The position numbers were made by a program, and so were the translations under genes. A stretch of 62,155 bases of DNA, from positions 1-62,155 of the forward strand of contig JAUYPI010000009.1 in assembly GCA_030697645.1 (NCBI GenBank), read 5' to 3'. This DNA comes from a bacterium (lineage in GTDB: Bacteria > Patescibacteriota > Minisyncoccia > Phycocordibacterales > VMGT01). Shown piece after piece: positions 43,041 through 51,355 of this stretch. Below the pieces are notes generated by a model. That model searched no databases and was not told the DNA's origin. It was given only the letters and a program-made list of their open reading frames with translations. How positions within the stretch are numbered: position 1 is the first letter of the stretch; each line of letters begins with the position of its first letter.

Positions 43041-44237
43041 CTAAAAAGGATTTCTCGCTCCGCGGACTTCGAAGTGGAGGTGTGGGCCGGTTGCTTTGCC
43101 GGTCGCGCCGATGTAGCCAATGACTTCCCCCCGCACGACGCGCTGGCCAAAGCTTACCACGTTCAGGCTGTTGTGCGCGTAGAGCGTCTGGGTGCCATTC
43201 TCATGCGCGATGACGATATAGGTGCCGTAGCCGCCATTCCAGCCGTCTCTCTTTGAGAGTATTACTTCACCATCCGCAGCGGCGAGAATTTCAGTGCCGA
43301 CCCGCGCCCCAAGATCAATGCCGTTGTATCCGTGGATCCCTTGGGTGCGGCGACCGCTCAAGACAGGCCGGAGGTAGTAACCTTCGTAGCTCGGGGTGCT
43401 TCGAGCGCTGCGCCCCGAGGCGGCGGCAGTGGGCACAGATCGTGCGATCTCGCCGTCCGGGATGATCACCGTGTCCCCGACCGCAAGCGTCGCGCCCTCT
43501 TCGAGGTCGTTATATTGTCGGATCTCGTCGAGATCACCCTTGTAGCGGCTCGCGATGCTCTTAAGCGTATCGCCGGCGCGCACCTCGTAGCGCACGCCGG
43601 AGACGGGGAGTATGACGAGCGTTTGCCCGGCGCGAACCAGGTCGTGGCGCTCGATATCGTTCGCCCAGACAATGGTGTTGACCGAGACGCCGAACATATC
43701 CGCGATCTCAGAGAGCGAATCGCCCGGCCGCACCACGTAGATGCTGATTTGATCACTCCCGCCTCGCCGGTCACCACTTGTGATGTCTGCTGGTCCAGTC
43801 TCGGAGAGAAGCGCGGTGCCGCTTACGATCGTGATTGAGTCATCGCGAAGCGCTCGTGCCGGATCCGCTACGGGGAGAGATGAGAGGAGCGGCAGGAGCT
43901 GCGAATCTGCGCGTGCGATGATGGGGGGCTCCCGATCGGCAGTCTCTGCCGCGGCGTGCTCACCAAAGATGGACGAGAAAAATCCTAGAACACTCGCCTC
44001 GGCGGCGGGAACGGGCGCGAGGAGGAGCCCCGCAGCTAACAAGGAGGCCACAAAGTTCACCAGCCGGCAGTTTGGGTGCCGGCTTTTGGTGGCTCTGTGG
44101 AGCCGCTCTGTCGCCCGGCTGCCGTTCTCATGCGTCGGCGCGCCGGGGTCCTGTGGATGGAGTATAATAAGCCAAATGATTAGGGAATTTCGGCTTTTTC
44201 TTCCAAAATGGCCCTGTTGAGCCATATGTCCATTCAA
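43041..44237 (-). CDS. LysM-LysM-M23 peptidoglycan endopeptidase (start uncertain)
   Basis: Two LysM repeats (VVRPGDSLSEIADMFGVSVNTIVWAN; YEVRAGDTLKSIASRY). M23 motifs GIDLGARVGTEILAAADGEV and GPHLHFEVRG. Confidence 0.85.
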   Translation of the reverse strand: MNGHMAQQGHFGRKSRNSLIIWLIILHPQDPGAPTHENGSRATERLHRATKSRHPNCRLVNFVASLLAAGLLLAPVPAAEASVLGFFSSIFGEHAAAETADREPPIIARADSQLLPLLSSLPVADPARALRDDSITIVSGTALLSETGPADITSGDRRGGSDQISIYVVRPGDSLSEIADMFGVSVNTIVWANDIERHDLVRAGQTLVILPVSGVRYEVRAGDTLKSIASRYKGDLDEIRQYNDLEEGATLAVGDTVIIPDGEIARSVPTAAASGRSARSTPSYEGYYLRPVLSGRRTQGIHGYNGIDLGARVGTEILAAADGEVILSKRDGWNGGYGTYIVIAHENGTQTLYAHNSLNVVSFGQRVVRGEVIGYIGATGKATGPHLHFEVRGARNPF

Positions 44238-44395
44238 TCAGCAAGTCACATTTTCCACTATACTCGAAGGGGGGAGGGAGTCAATCTTGACTGTGGACAA
44301 GTTAAGCGGCAAGCAATAAGCAGCATGCAGTAAGCACGTGCAACTCGTTTGCTTACTGCTTGGAGTTTTATTGCGGCGTGTGGTACGATGGCGCC

Positions 44396-44764
44396 ATGAT
44401 ATGCGATTACACTGTCTATAAAACGCGACTGCTAGCAGAACAAGAGCGTCTCGAGCGCGAGATGTCGGGCATTGGGCGGCAGAATCAGGCGAACCCCGCT
44501 GACTGGGTGGAGAAGGAGGACACGATGGACATCTTGCGGTCAGATAAAAATGAGGTTGCCGACCACATCGAGGAGCTGGTAGACAACAGGGCGGTCCTCA
44601 ACGAGCTCGAGGCCGAGCACACCGAAGTGCTCGCCGCGCTTGAGCGCATCGAAGCCGGAACCTACGGCACCTGTGAGACTGGCGGGGAGGAAATCCCGCT
44701 CGAGCGACTCGATGCGTACCCCGCGGCGCGGGCGTGCATTAATCATGCGGTGAATCTTACATAG
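44396..44764 (+). CDS. DksA/TraR-family protein with a degenerate zinc finger
   Basis: Coiled-coil N-terminus. C-terminal AALERIEAGTYGTCETGGEEIPLERLDAYPAARAC has only two Cys. Confidence 0.65.
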   Translation: MICDYTVYKTRLLAEQERLEREMSGIGRQNQANPADWVEKEDTMDILRSDKNEVADHIEELVDNRAVLNELEAEHTEVLAALERIEAGTYGTCETGGEEIPLERLDAYPAARACINHAVNLT

Positions 44765-44783
44765 TGCTGCTGCATACGTAGAC

Positions 44784-44816
44784 AGGGCGCACGCTCAAAA
44801 CAACGTGCGCCCTTTG
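44784..44816 (+). terminator. hairpin terminator candidate
   Basis: AGGGCGCACG/CGTGCGCCCT stem with a short T tract. Confidence 0.5.
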
Positions 44817-44851
44817 GCGTATGTGATTTTCACTATACGCGGGTTATTTTT

Positions 44852-45826
44852 CTATTCGATCGCGCCGAGGAGGATTTTATCAAAAATTTTATTGCCAAAC
44901 TCCCAGTAGCCGCTCGTGGCGTATACTGCATCCGCGCCAGCAGCGCGATAGTCCGCTACGTCGCGCCATGTCATGATACCTCCGGCGCCGATTACAAACT
45001 GATCCTCCCGGAGCATCGGGCGCAGAAATCGGATGTTTTCAAGCGCAATCGGCTTTAATGCCGGGCCGCCGAGTCCGGCAAGGCCGTCGAGGTAGGTTAT
45101 TGCCGGTGTGCCGTCCTCAGCCAGGCAGAGCGTATTACCGAGCGTGTTTGTTAAAGTCACACCAGCGCACAACTCCGAGGTGGCGATGATGCCGCCGATG
45201 CGCTCCAAGACCTCGAACCCAAAGAGCGGCGTCCGGTCTGTAACGAGTGAGTGGATCGGCTCAAGGAGATCCTCAGTGACGAACGGTGAAAGTTTCACCC
45301 ACACCGGAATCGCGGGTTTGCCGACACGACGCTCTATCGCATTGAGCGTCGCTTCAATGGACTCCGGGCTGTAGCTCATGATTGGTTTTTGGACGCCGGC
45401 AACCCATACGTTTGGACAACCTCCATTGATCTCTATACCGTCAACACCTCCTTCGAGTGCCAACTCGACTAAGATTGCCGATTCGTCCGGAGTAAAACCC
45501 GCGGCGTTCTCAAAAAGCAGTTTTCCTGCATCATGGGTGATCCGCACCATCTTCGGCATATCACGTTTGAGAGCAGCGCGTCCTCTGTTCGGCATGCCGA
45601 GAGAATTTTGCGTATGCAGCAAACTTCCGTCCCTCCGGTCTAGATGCCGGTGGTATACGACCCCTTCGTTTTGGTGCCGCTCATCGAACGTCGTTGCGCC
45701 GTGTATGATGAAAGAAGCTTTCGATTGAGCAGCAATCTCTACATCACGTACGGTTTTACATACGCCCGGGCCGAGTCCGACTGGGTGAGAAAGAATCTTC
45801 CCGCCAAGATTCACCAGAAAATTCAT
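44852..45826 (-). CDS. dihydroorotate dehydrogenase / dihydropyrimidine dehydrogenase-family TIM-barrel flavoenzyme
   Basis: NSLGMPNRG, EINGGCPNV, GLGGPALKPIAL, VIGAGGI. Confidence 0.75.
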   Translation of the reverse strand: MNFLVNLGGKILSHPVGLGPGVCKTVRDVEIAAQSKASFIIHGATTFDERHQNEGVVYHRHLDRRDGSLLHTQNSLGMPNRGRAALKRDMPKMVRITHDAGKLLFENAAGFTPDESAILVELALEGGVDGIEINGGCPNVWVAGVQKPIMSYSPESIEATLNAIERRVGKPAIPVWVKLSPFVTEDLLEPIHSLVTDRTPLFGFEVLERIGGIIATSELCAGVTLTNTLGNTLCLAEDGTPAITYLDGLAGLGGPALKPIALENIRFLRPMLREDQFVIGAGGIMTWRDVADYRAAGADAVYATSGYWEFGNKIFDKILLGAIE

Positions 45827-46043
45827 AACAAATCTCCCTCGCAGTTATTTGGTATTGGGCGCAGGCAGTTTTTGTAACTATGCCGCTTCCCACGCTCTAA
45901 GCGACACTCCTGTATCAGCATTCTGCGTAGATTTGTACCACACCACCGACGTTAGTGCACGCACATCACACGTCGCCGTTGTAGGGCTAAAAAACGTTCC
46001 TCGTATTTGCGGGAAGAAAAGCGGTCATGCTACTATTTCCCCC

Positions 46044-47618
46044 ATGTCCTATGCGAAGGTCTACGCGGCACAGAGTGTACTCCTCAGGGCGCATATCATC
46101 GAGGTGGAAGTGGATCTCGGCAAGGGGCTCCACGCTTTTTCTGTAGTGGGTCTCCCAGACAAGGCGATCGAGGAGTCACGCGATAGGGTGAGCGCCGCGA
46201 TCAAGAACGCCGGCTTTAAGCCGCCGAAGCAGTACAATAAGAAAATTGTGGTGGCCCTCGCTCCGGCGGACCTTCGCAAAGAAGGCCCGCTTTTTGATCT
46301 TGCGATTGCGCTCTGCTTTCTTCGCGCCGCAGGCGATATCGCGTTCGATTCCGCGGGGCGGCTTTTTCTCGGCGAGCTCTCGCTTGATGGCGAGGTGCGG
46401 GGAGTCAGAGGCGTACTTCCCCTTGTGCTTGAGGCAAAGCGCCGCGGATTTCGCGAAGTCTATGTGCCGGCGGTGAACGCCGTCGAGGCCGCGCTTGTCG
46501 AAGGCATTGCGGTCTTCGGAGTCGGCTCGCTCCGCGAGGTCATCGGGCACCTCAGCGAGGAGGCGGATCCGGAGACAATCGAGGGCGGCAGCGCTCGAGG
46601 CGGCTTTATTGCGCCGCAGCACCGGACGGAAATTTTTGACGCGGTAGACGAGCCGGACATTGACCTCTCGGATATCAAAGGGCAGGAGACGGCAAAGCGC
46701 GGTCTTGAGATCGCCGCTGCGGGCGGGCACAATATCGCGCTCTTTGGTCCAGCAGGGACCGGGAAGACCATGCTCGCGAAAGCCCTTGCTGGCATCCTTC
46801 CACCGCTTGATTTTGACGCCGTGATTGAAACCACCGGCATATATTCGAGCGCGGGACTCTTGAACGAGGCTATAATGACGCGGCCGCCATTTCGCGCTCC
46901 GCACCACACGACCTCTTATGTCGCGATGGTCGGCGGCGGGACAATTCCGAAGCCGGGGGAGGTAACGCTCGCGCACAACGGCGTCTTGTTTCTCGACGAG
47001 TTTCCGGAGTTTGACCGGAAGGTGCTCGAGACGCTCCGCCAGCCGCTCGAAGAGCGGGTCGTTTCGATTTCCCGCGCACGCGGCTCCTCGCTCTTTCCGG
47101 CGAATTTTATTCTCGTCGCCGCGATGAACCCCTGTCCCTGCGGCAATGCCGGTACCGCGAAGCCCTGCGATTGCGCTCCGCAGCATATCGCGCGCTACGA
47201 GCGGCGCCTCTCCGGCCCGATCATGGACCGTATTGATCTCTGGATCGAGGTCTCGAAGATTGATTACGAAGCGCTTGCCGAGGGGCGGCGTAGCGAGGGA
47301 GAATCCGCGCTAATGCGCGAGCGCGTGAGACGTGCACGTGAGCGCGCGCGGGAGCGCTACGCAAGCGCGACGAAGCCGCTTCGGTTCAATAGTGAGCTCT
47401 CGGCGCGCGACCTCTCGCGCTACGTGCCCCTTGCACCCGAGGCGAAATCCATGCTCACTGATGCTGCGCGCTCCTGGGGTCTCTCGGCGCGCTCATTCCA
47501 CCGCATGATCAAGCTCGCCCGCACGATCGCGGACCTCAAGGGCGAGAGGGATGTCACCGGGGCACACATTAACGAGGCGTTCACGTACCGCCCGCGGAAG
47601 CTCTTCGCGCGGCTTTGA
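46044..47618 (+). CDS. comM: ComM/YifB Mg-chelatase-like AAA+ protein
   Basis: Lon-like N-terminus SVVGLPDKAIEESRDRV, Walker A LFGPAGTGKTMLAKAL, Walker B GVLFLDEFPEF. Confidence 0.9.
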   Translation: MSYAKVYAAQSVLLRAHIIEVEVDLGKGLHAFSVVGLPDKAIEESRDRVSAAIKNAGFKPPKQYNKKIVVALAPADLRKEGPLFDLAIALCFLRAAGDIAFDSAGRLFLGELSLDGEVRGVRGVLPLVLEAKRRGFREVYVPAVNAVEAALVEGIAVFGVGSLREVIGHLSEEADPETIEGGSARGGFIAPQHRTEIFDAVDEPDIDLSDIKGQETAKRGLEIAAAGGHNIALFGPAGTGKTMLAKALAGILPPLDFDAVIETTGIYSSAGLLNEAIMTRPPFRAPHHTTSYVAMVGGGTIPKPGEVTLAHNGVLFLDEFPEFDRKVLETLRQPLEERVVSISRARGSSLFPANFILVAAMNPCPCGNAGTAKPCDCAPQHIARYERRLSGPIMDRIDLWIEVSKIDYEALAEGRRSEGESALMRERVRRARERARERYASATKPLRFNSELSARDLSRYVPLAPEAKSMLTDAARSWGLSARSFHRMIKLARTIADLKGERDVTGAHINEAFTYRPRKLFARL

Positions 47619-47698
47619 AATCGCTTGACGAAAACAGGATGGCGGTTACGCTAAGGTTGTACCATTGTTTAACCTCAAGTGTTTTAACCTCAAGACTC

Positions 47699-47917
47699 AT
47701 GGGCATAAGCATCATAGGCATCAAGCAACTTCATAGGGATATGAAAAAAGTTGTACGTGCTGCGCGGCGCGGCCGGTCGTTTACTGTTGTGCGCAACGCG
47801 ACCCCTGTCTTTCGCATTGAGCCGATCGAGCAGCCACCCTACGGCGTCTTGGGGGAGTCTTTGGACCAAACGAGGAAGAAAAACCACACGCTTGCGGATT
47901 TCGATAAGATTCGTTAA
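47699..47917 (+). CDS. Phd/YefM-like antitoxin, no adjacent toxin
   Basis: IGIKQLHRDMKKVVRAARRGRSFTVVRNATPVFRIEP pattern. 72 aa. Confidence 0.5.
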   Translation: MGISIIGIKQLHRDMKKVVRAARRGRSFTVVRNATPVFRIEPIEQPPYGVLGESLDQTRKKNHTLADFDKIR

Positions 47918-48049
47918 GAAATCGCAAAACAAGCGGAGCAGCGAAAGCGCCCATGAGGAGAATACTCTTCATGAGCGCGGGATGTGGGGACGTTGGCGCG
48001 CGTTCAAAATACGTGTGCTTCTATCTTGACGTACTTGTTGTTGAATTTG

Positions 48050-48262
48050 TCAAAATGAATCGAGCGCCTTGCCCCAGTTGAGCGGGGTTTTGCCAGCATT
48101 TTGCATTTTCGCTCCACAATGGGGGCAGAATTTTACGGTCGGGTTCTGATATTTACAGCGCTTTTTGCAACTGGAACATGCGATCACAACTCCTATCCAT
48201 GGGTGGTAAGCTGTTGCAATCCAGTTCGCCGGTACTTTTTGAGTGATTGGAGCCTCTGCCAT
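48050..48262 (-). CDS. zinc-ribbon protein
   Basis: CSSC...16 residues...CPHC. AGAAGGAAAC SD before ATG 48262. Confidence 0.5.
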   Translation of the reverse strand: MAEAPITQKVPANWIATAYHPWIGVVIACSSCKKRCKYQNPTVKFCPHCGAKMQNAGKTPLNWGKALDSF

Positions 48263-48332
48263 GTCGTTTCCTTCTGTGTTTGGTAGCTCTGTCTGACTTA
48301 TCTCCGGGTATATTAATTCCCCAAAGGGCAAC

Positions 48333-49043
48333 ATGTCAACTTTTTACATAGTCGCAACCCCCATCGGCAACCTCGAAGACATCACGCTTCGGGCGCTGCG
48401 TGTGTTGCGGGAGGTAGATTTCATTCTTTGCGAGGACACGCGGGAGACGAGGAAGCTCCTTCAGCGCCATGGGATCACGACGTCGACAATGGCCTATGGT
48501 TTCGATACGGTGCGTCGGGGCAAGCGGCAGGAGCGAAATCCAAAGATTGAGCGCGTGATCGAGCTGCTCGAGGAGGGGAAAAATCTCGCGCTCGTGTCGG
48601 ACGCAGGGACACCGGCGATATCGGACCCGGGGGGTGTGCTCGTCTCGACGGTGAGGGAGAAACTTGGCGATCGAGTCACGGTGGTTCCGATTCCGGGCCC
48701 TTCTGCCGTTATCGCCGCACTCTCGGCGGCGGGCGTGCCATCGTCTGAGTTTCTCTTTCTCGGCTTCCTGCCGCACAAGAAAGGGCGCGCGAAACTGTTT
48801 GCTGATATTGCGGCCGCAGAGCGCACCGTAGTCTTCTACGAGTCGCCGCACCGGATTCTGAAATCGCTCGAACAGCTCCTGGCGGTGCTTGTTAACCGAC
48901 CGAAGCAGGTAGTCATTGCTCGAGAGCTTACCAAAATTTATGAGGAGTTCGTGAGTGGCAGCGCCGCGGAGGTGCTCGCGTATTTTGCTCAAAATCCAGA
49001 CAAAGTCCGCGGCGAGTTCGTCGTTATCGTCTCCCCAAAGTAG
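48333..49043 (+). CDS. rsmI: 16S rRNA (cytidine1402-2'-O)-methyltransferase
   Basis: ATPIGNLEDITLRALRVL and SDAGTPAISDPG. Confidence 0.9.
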   Translation: MSTFYIVATPIGNLEDITLRALRVLREVDFILCEDTRETRKLLQRHGITTSTMAYGFDTVRRGKRQERNPKIERVIELLEEGKNLALVSDAGTPAISDPGGVLVSTVREKLGDRVTVVPIPGPSAVIAALSAAGVPSSEFLFLGFLPHKKGRAKLFADIAAAERTVVFYESPHRILKSLEQLLAVLVNRPKQVVIARELTKIYEEFVSGSAAEVLAYFAQNPDKVRGEFVVIVSPK

Positions 49044-49086
49044 CATGCACGGGGCGCGCGATATATACTATGGCCATATACAGGAT

Positions 49087-49200
49087 AAATTTTCAAATTT
49101 TCAATATGCGTCCGCGTCCTATTTCTAACGGGATGAACCAATTTTCAAACGACGAACGTCGTCGTGTTTGGAAATTGAAAATTGGAAATTGGTAATTTCG
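49087..49200. repeat. TTTCAA/TTGGAAA-word palindromic element, family E copy 3
   Basis: Apical hairpin CAATTTTCAAACGACGA-acg-TCGTCGTGTTTGGAAATTG. Outer pairing AATTTTCAAT/ATTGAAAATT. Confidence 0.75.
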
Positions 49201-49203
49201 CTT

Positions 49204-49659
49204 ATGTCTTCCCACGCCACTCTATTTCTCATCGGCATTTTTCTTGCGGTGCTCCCGTTTCTCGGGCTTCCACGCTCCCTCGACAGTGCGTTCATCGCGG
49301 TCGCGGGGGCGGCGTGTTTCGTGATCGCTTTTGTGGTGCGGAGCGAGCGCGCGCGAGCTCTGAGAGGCGCGCTTAAGGCAGAGGGGAGAGCGGAGGTGTT
49401 TGTCGAAGCGCGTCCAAAGCGCGCTCGACGCACGCGCCCTCGCTCACTCTCCGACGTGATCGAGCCGCGCGACGTTGACCATGTGACGGCCCCTGCCGTT
49501 GCTGAGGCATGGCCCAATCCCACACCGGATCGTGTGGGGCTGGACGCGGCGCAACCACCGGGCCCCGCGTCGGTTACCGTAGGAGCCGACGCGCCAGCTA
49601 TTGAGAGAGCGGATTTTCCACGCGAGCATGAACCCACCACCGTCGAGGCGAGCGTCTAA
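49204..49659 (+). CDS. membrane protein with a Pro/Ala-rich tail
   Basis: MSSHATLFLIGIFLAVLPFLGLP and a second TM segment. Start placed after the repeat element. Confidence 0.45.
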   Translation: MSSHATLFLIGIFLAVLPFLGLPRSLDSAFIAVAGAACFVIAFVVRSERARALRGALKAEGRAEVFVEARPKRARRTRPRSLSDVIEPRDVDHVTAPAVAEAWPNPTPDRVGLDAAQPPGPASVTVGADAPAIERADFPREHEPTTVEASV

Positions 49660-50905
49660 TTCTCCTTTTGTTGCCGGAGCAGTACTTGCCGGCGCGCTCG
49701 CGGCCGGCTTTTTTGGTGCACCTGATGTCGCGCGCACGCGCTATGAACTTGCGGCAGCAGGAGCGGGAGCGAGTGGGGTTGCCGTCGAGGCGGCGGCCGA
49801 ACCGGCGCTTGAGCCGAAGCGTGAGCCGCCGCCGATTTACCTCCCGACCCCGGAGCCCCTCAAGGCGATCTACATGAGCCAGTGCGTTGCAGGCACACCC
49901 TCATTCCGCGATCGGTTGGTGCGATTGATTGACGAGACCGAGCTTAATGCTGTGGTGATTGATGTGAAGGATTACAGCGGCGGCATCGGTTTCCCGACCT
50001 CACACCCGATGCTTACCGAGAGCGTCTCAGCGAAATGTGGCGCGCGCGATATGCGCGCATTTCTCCGTACCCTCAAAGAGAAGAACATCTATGCGGTCGC
50101 GCGCATTACGGTCTTTCAAGATCCGCACTACAGCGCGCTCCACCCCGAGCTTGCGGTCACAAAAGCGAGCGCGACGACGACGCTCTGGCGGGATAACAAA
50201 GGTCTCTCGTTTATAGACGTCGGCGCGCGTCCGTACTGGGAGTACATCGTCGCGGTCGCGAGACAGACGCATGCGCTCGGCTTTGATGAGCTCAATTTTG
50301 ACTACATTCGCTATCCCTCAGACGGCCCGATGGGCGACATCTATTTCCCGTGGAGCGATGCGGCGCTCCGCGCTGACCCGGAGCGCGGCGATGCGCGGAT
50401 GCTCCGCGACTTTTTCGCATACCTTCGCGAGGAACTTGTCGAGCAGGTACCCGAGGGGGAGCATGCACCGGTGCTCTCGGCTGATCTTTTCGGCATGACC
50501 ACAACGAACGAGGATGATCTCAACATCGGCCAGCTCCTCGAGTACGCGCTGCCCTATTTCGACTACATTTCCCCCATGGTCTATCCGTCGCACTACCCGC
50601 GCGGCTTCCGGGGACTTGCGAATCCGGCCGCCGAACCGTATGAGGTCATTCACTACTCGATGGGGAGAGCAGTCGAGCGAGTTGTCTCGTATCGGGAGAG
50701 AGCTTCAACAACTGCTGCCGTAGCAGAGGGGAGGATACGCACGCTCCAACTCCGGCCGTGGCTCCAGGACTTTGACCTCGGCGCGATCTATACCCCCGAG
50801 CTCATCCGCGCCGAAATGCAGGCGGTCTACGACAGCGCTCTCACGAGCTGGATGCTCTGGGATCCGGCGAATCAGTATACGCGAGAGGCCTTGACAAATG
50901 AGTAA
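49628..50905 (+). CDS. membrane-anchored glycoside-hydrolase-like TIM-barrel protein (GHL/DUF4015-type)
   Basis: KAIYMSQCVAG...LNAVVIDVKDYSGGIGFPT...ARITVFQD...FDELNFDYIRYP. Confidence 0.6.
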   Translation: MNPPPSRRASNSPFVAGAVLAGALAAGFFGAPDVARTRYELAAAGAGASGVAVEAAAEPALEPKREPPPIYLPTPEPLKAIYMSQCVAGTPSFRDRLVRLIDETELNAVVIDVKDYSGGIGFPTSHPMLTESVSAKCGARDMRAFLRTLKEKNIYAVARITVFQDPHYSALHPELAVTKASATTTLWRDNKGLSFIDVGARPYWEYIVAVARQTHALGFDELNFDYIRYPSDGPMGDIYFPWSDAALRADPERGDARMLRDFFAYLREELVEQVPEGEHAPVLSADLFGMTTTNEDDLNIGQLLEYALPYFDYISPMVYPSHYPRGFRGLANPAAEPYEVIHYSMGRAVERVVSYRERASTTAAVAEGRIRTLQLRPWLQDFDLGAIYTPELIRAEMQAVYDSALTSWMLWDPANQYTREALTNE

Positions 50906-50924
50906 GAATTTGCTCAAATAGCAA

Positions 50925-51287
50925 ATGGATAGAACGTCCGCAAACGACACTCCGGAGTATCGGAGCAGAGGAGGAAGGAAGATGGGGGGTTTTTATACTG
51001 ATGGTGTCCCCAACGACGAAGACGTGCGTAGACAGTTGAGCGACGTTGAGAAACTCAGGATTGCCGCAATGAGGACGCATCTTTCTGTCGCAGCAGACAC
51101 GAGGGAGATGTTTTCGGAGCGGCTCTCGCGGCTGCGGAATGCCTACATTATGCTCGCGGCACGACGCCAGCTACTTGAACTGCCGGAGTATGCGACATTC
51201 GTGACTTTGTATAACGACGTGCGTTCGAAGCTTGCCGCATCCCTCCATCCAGGACGTGAGTTGGTGCCCCCTCGGATCCGCGCATAG
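50925..51287 (+). CDS. hypothetical protein
   Basis: 120-aa ORF followed by the hairpin GCCCGCCCT/AGGGCGGGC. Confidence 0.35.
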   Translation: MDRTSANDTPEYRSRGGRKMGGFYTDGVPNDEDVRRQLSDVEKLRIAAMRTHLSVAADTREMFSERLSRLRNAYIMLAARRQLLELPEYATFVTLYNDVRSKLAASLHPGRELVPPRIRA

Positions 51288-51355
51288 CGCGATCGCGAGC
51301 AGAAAACACTTGAAGCCCGCCCTCAAGAAGGGCGGGCGCGTGCTATACTTTTCTC

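Noticed and set aside
46176-47186. 336-aa ORF antisense to comM
   Set aside because: ComM Walker motifs define the plus frame. The antisense product is low-complexity and R-rich.
48336-49046. 236-aa ORF exactly antisense to rsmI
   Set aside because: The plus-strand frame has clear RsmI motifs. The antisense frame is Arg/Cys-rich nonsense, as expected for stop-poor reverse frames in GC-rich DNA.
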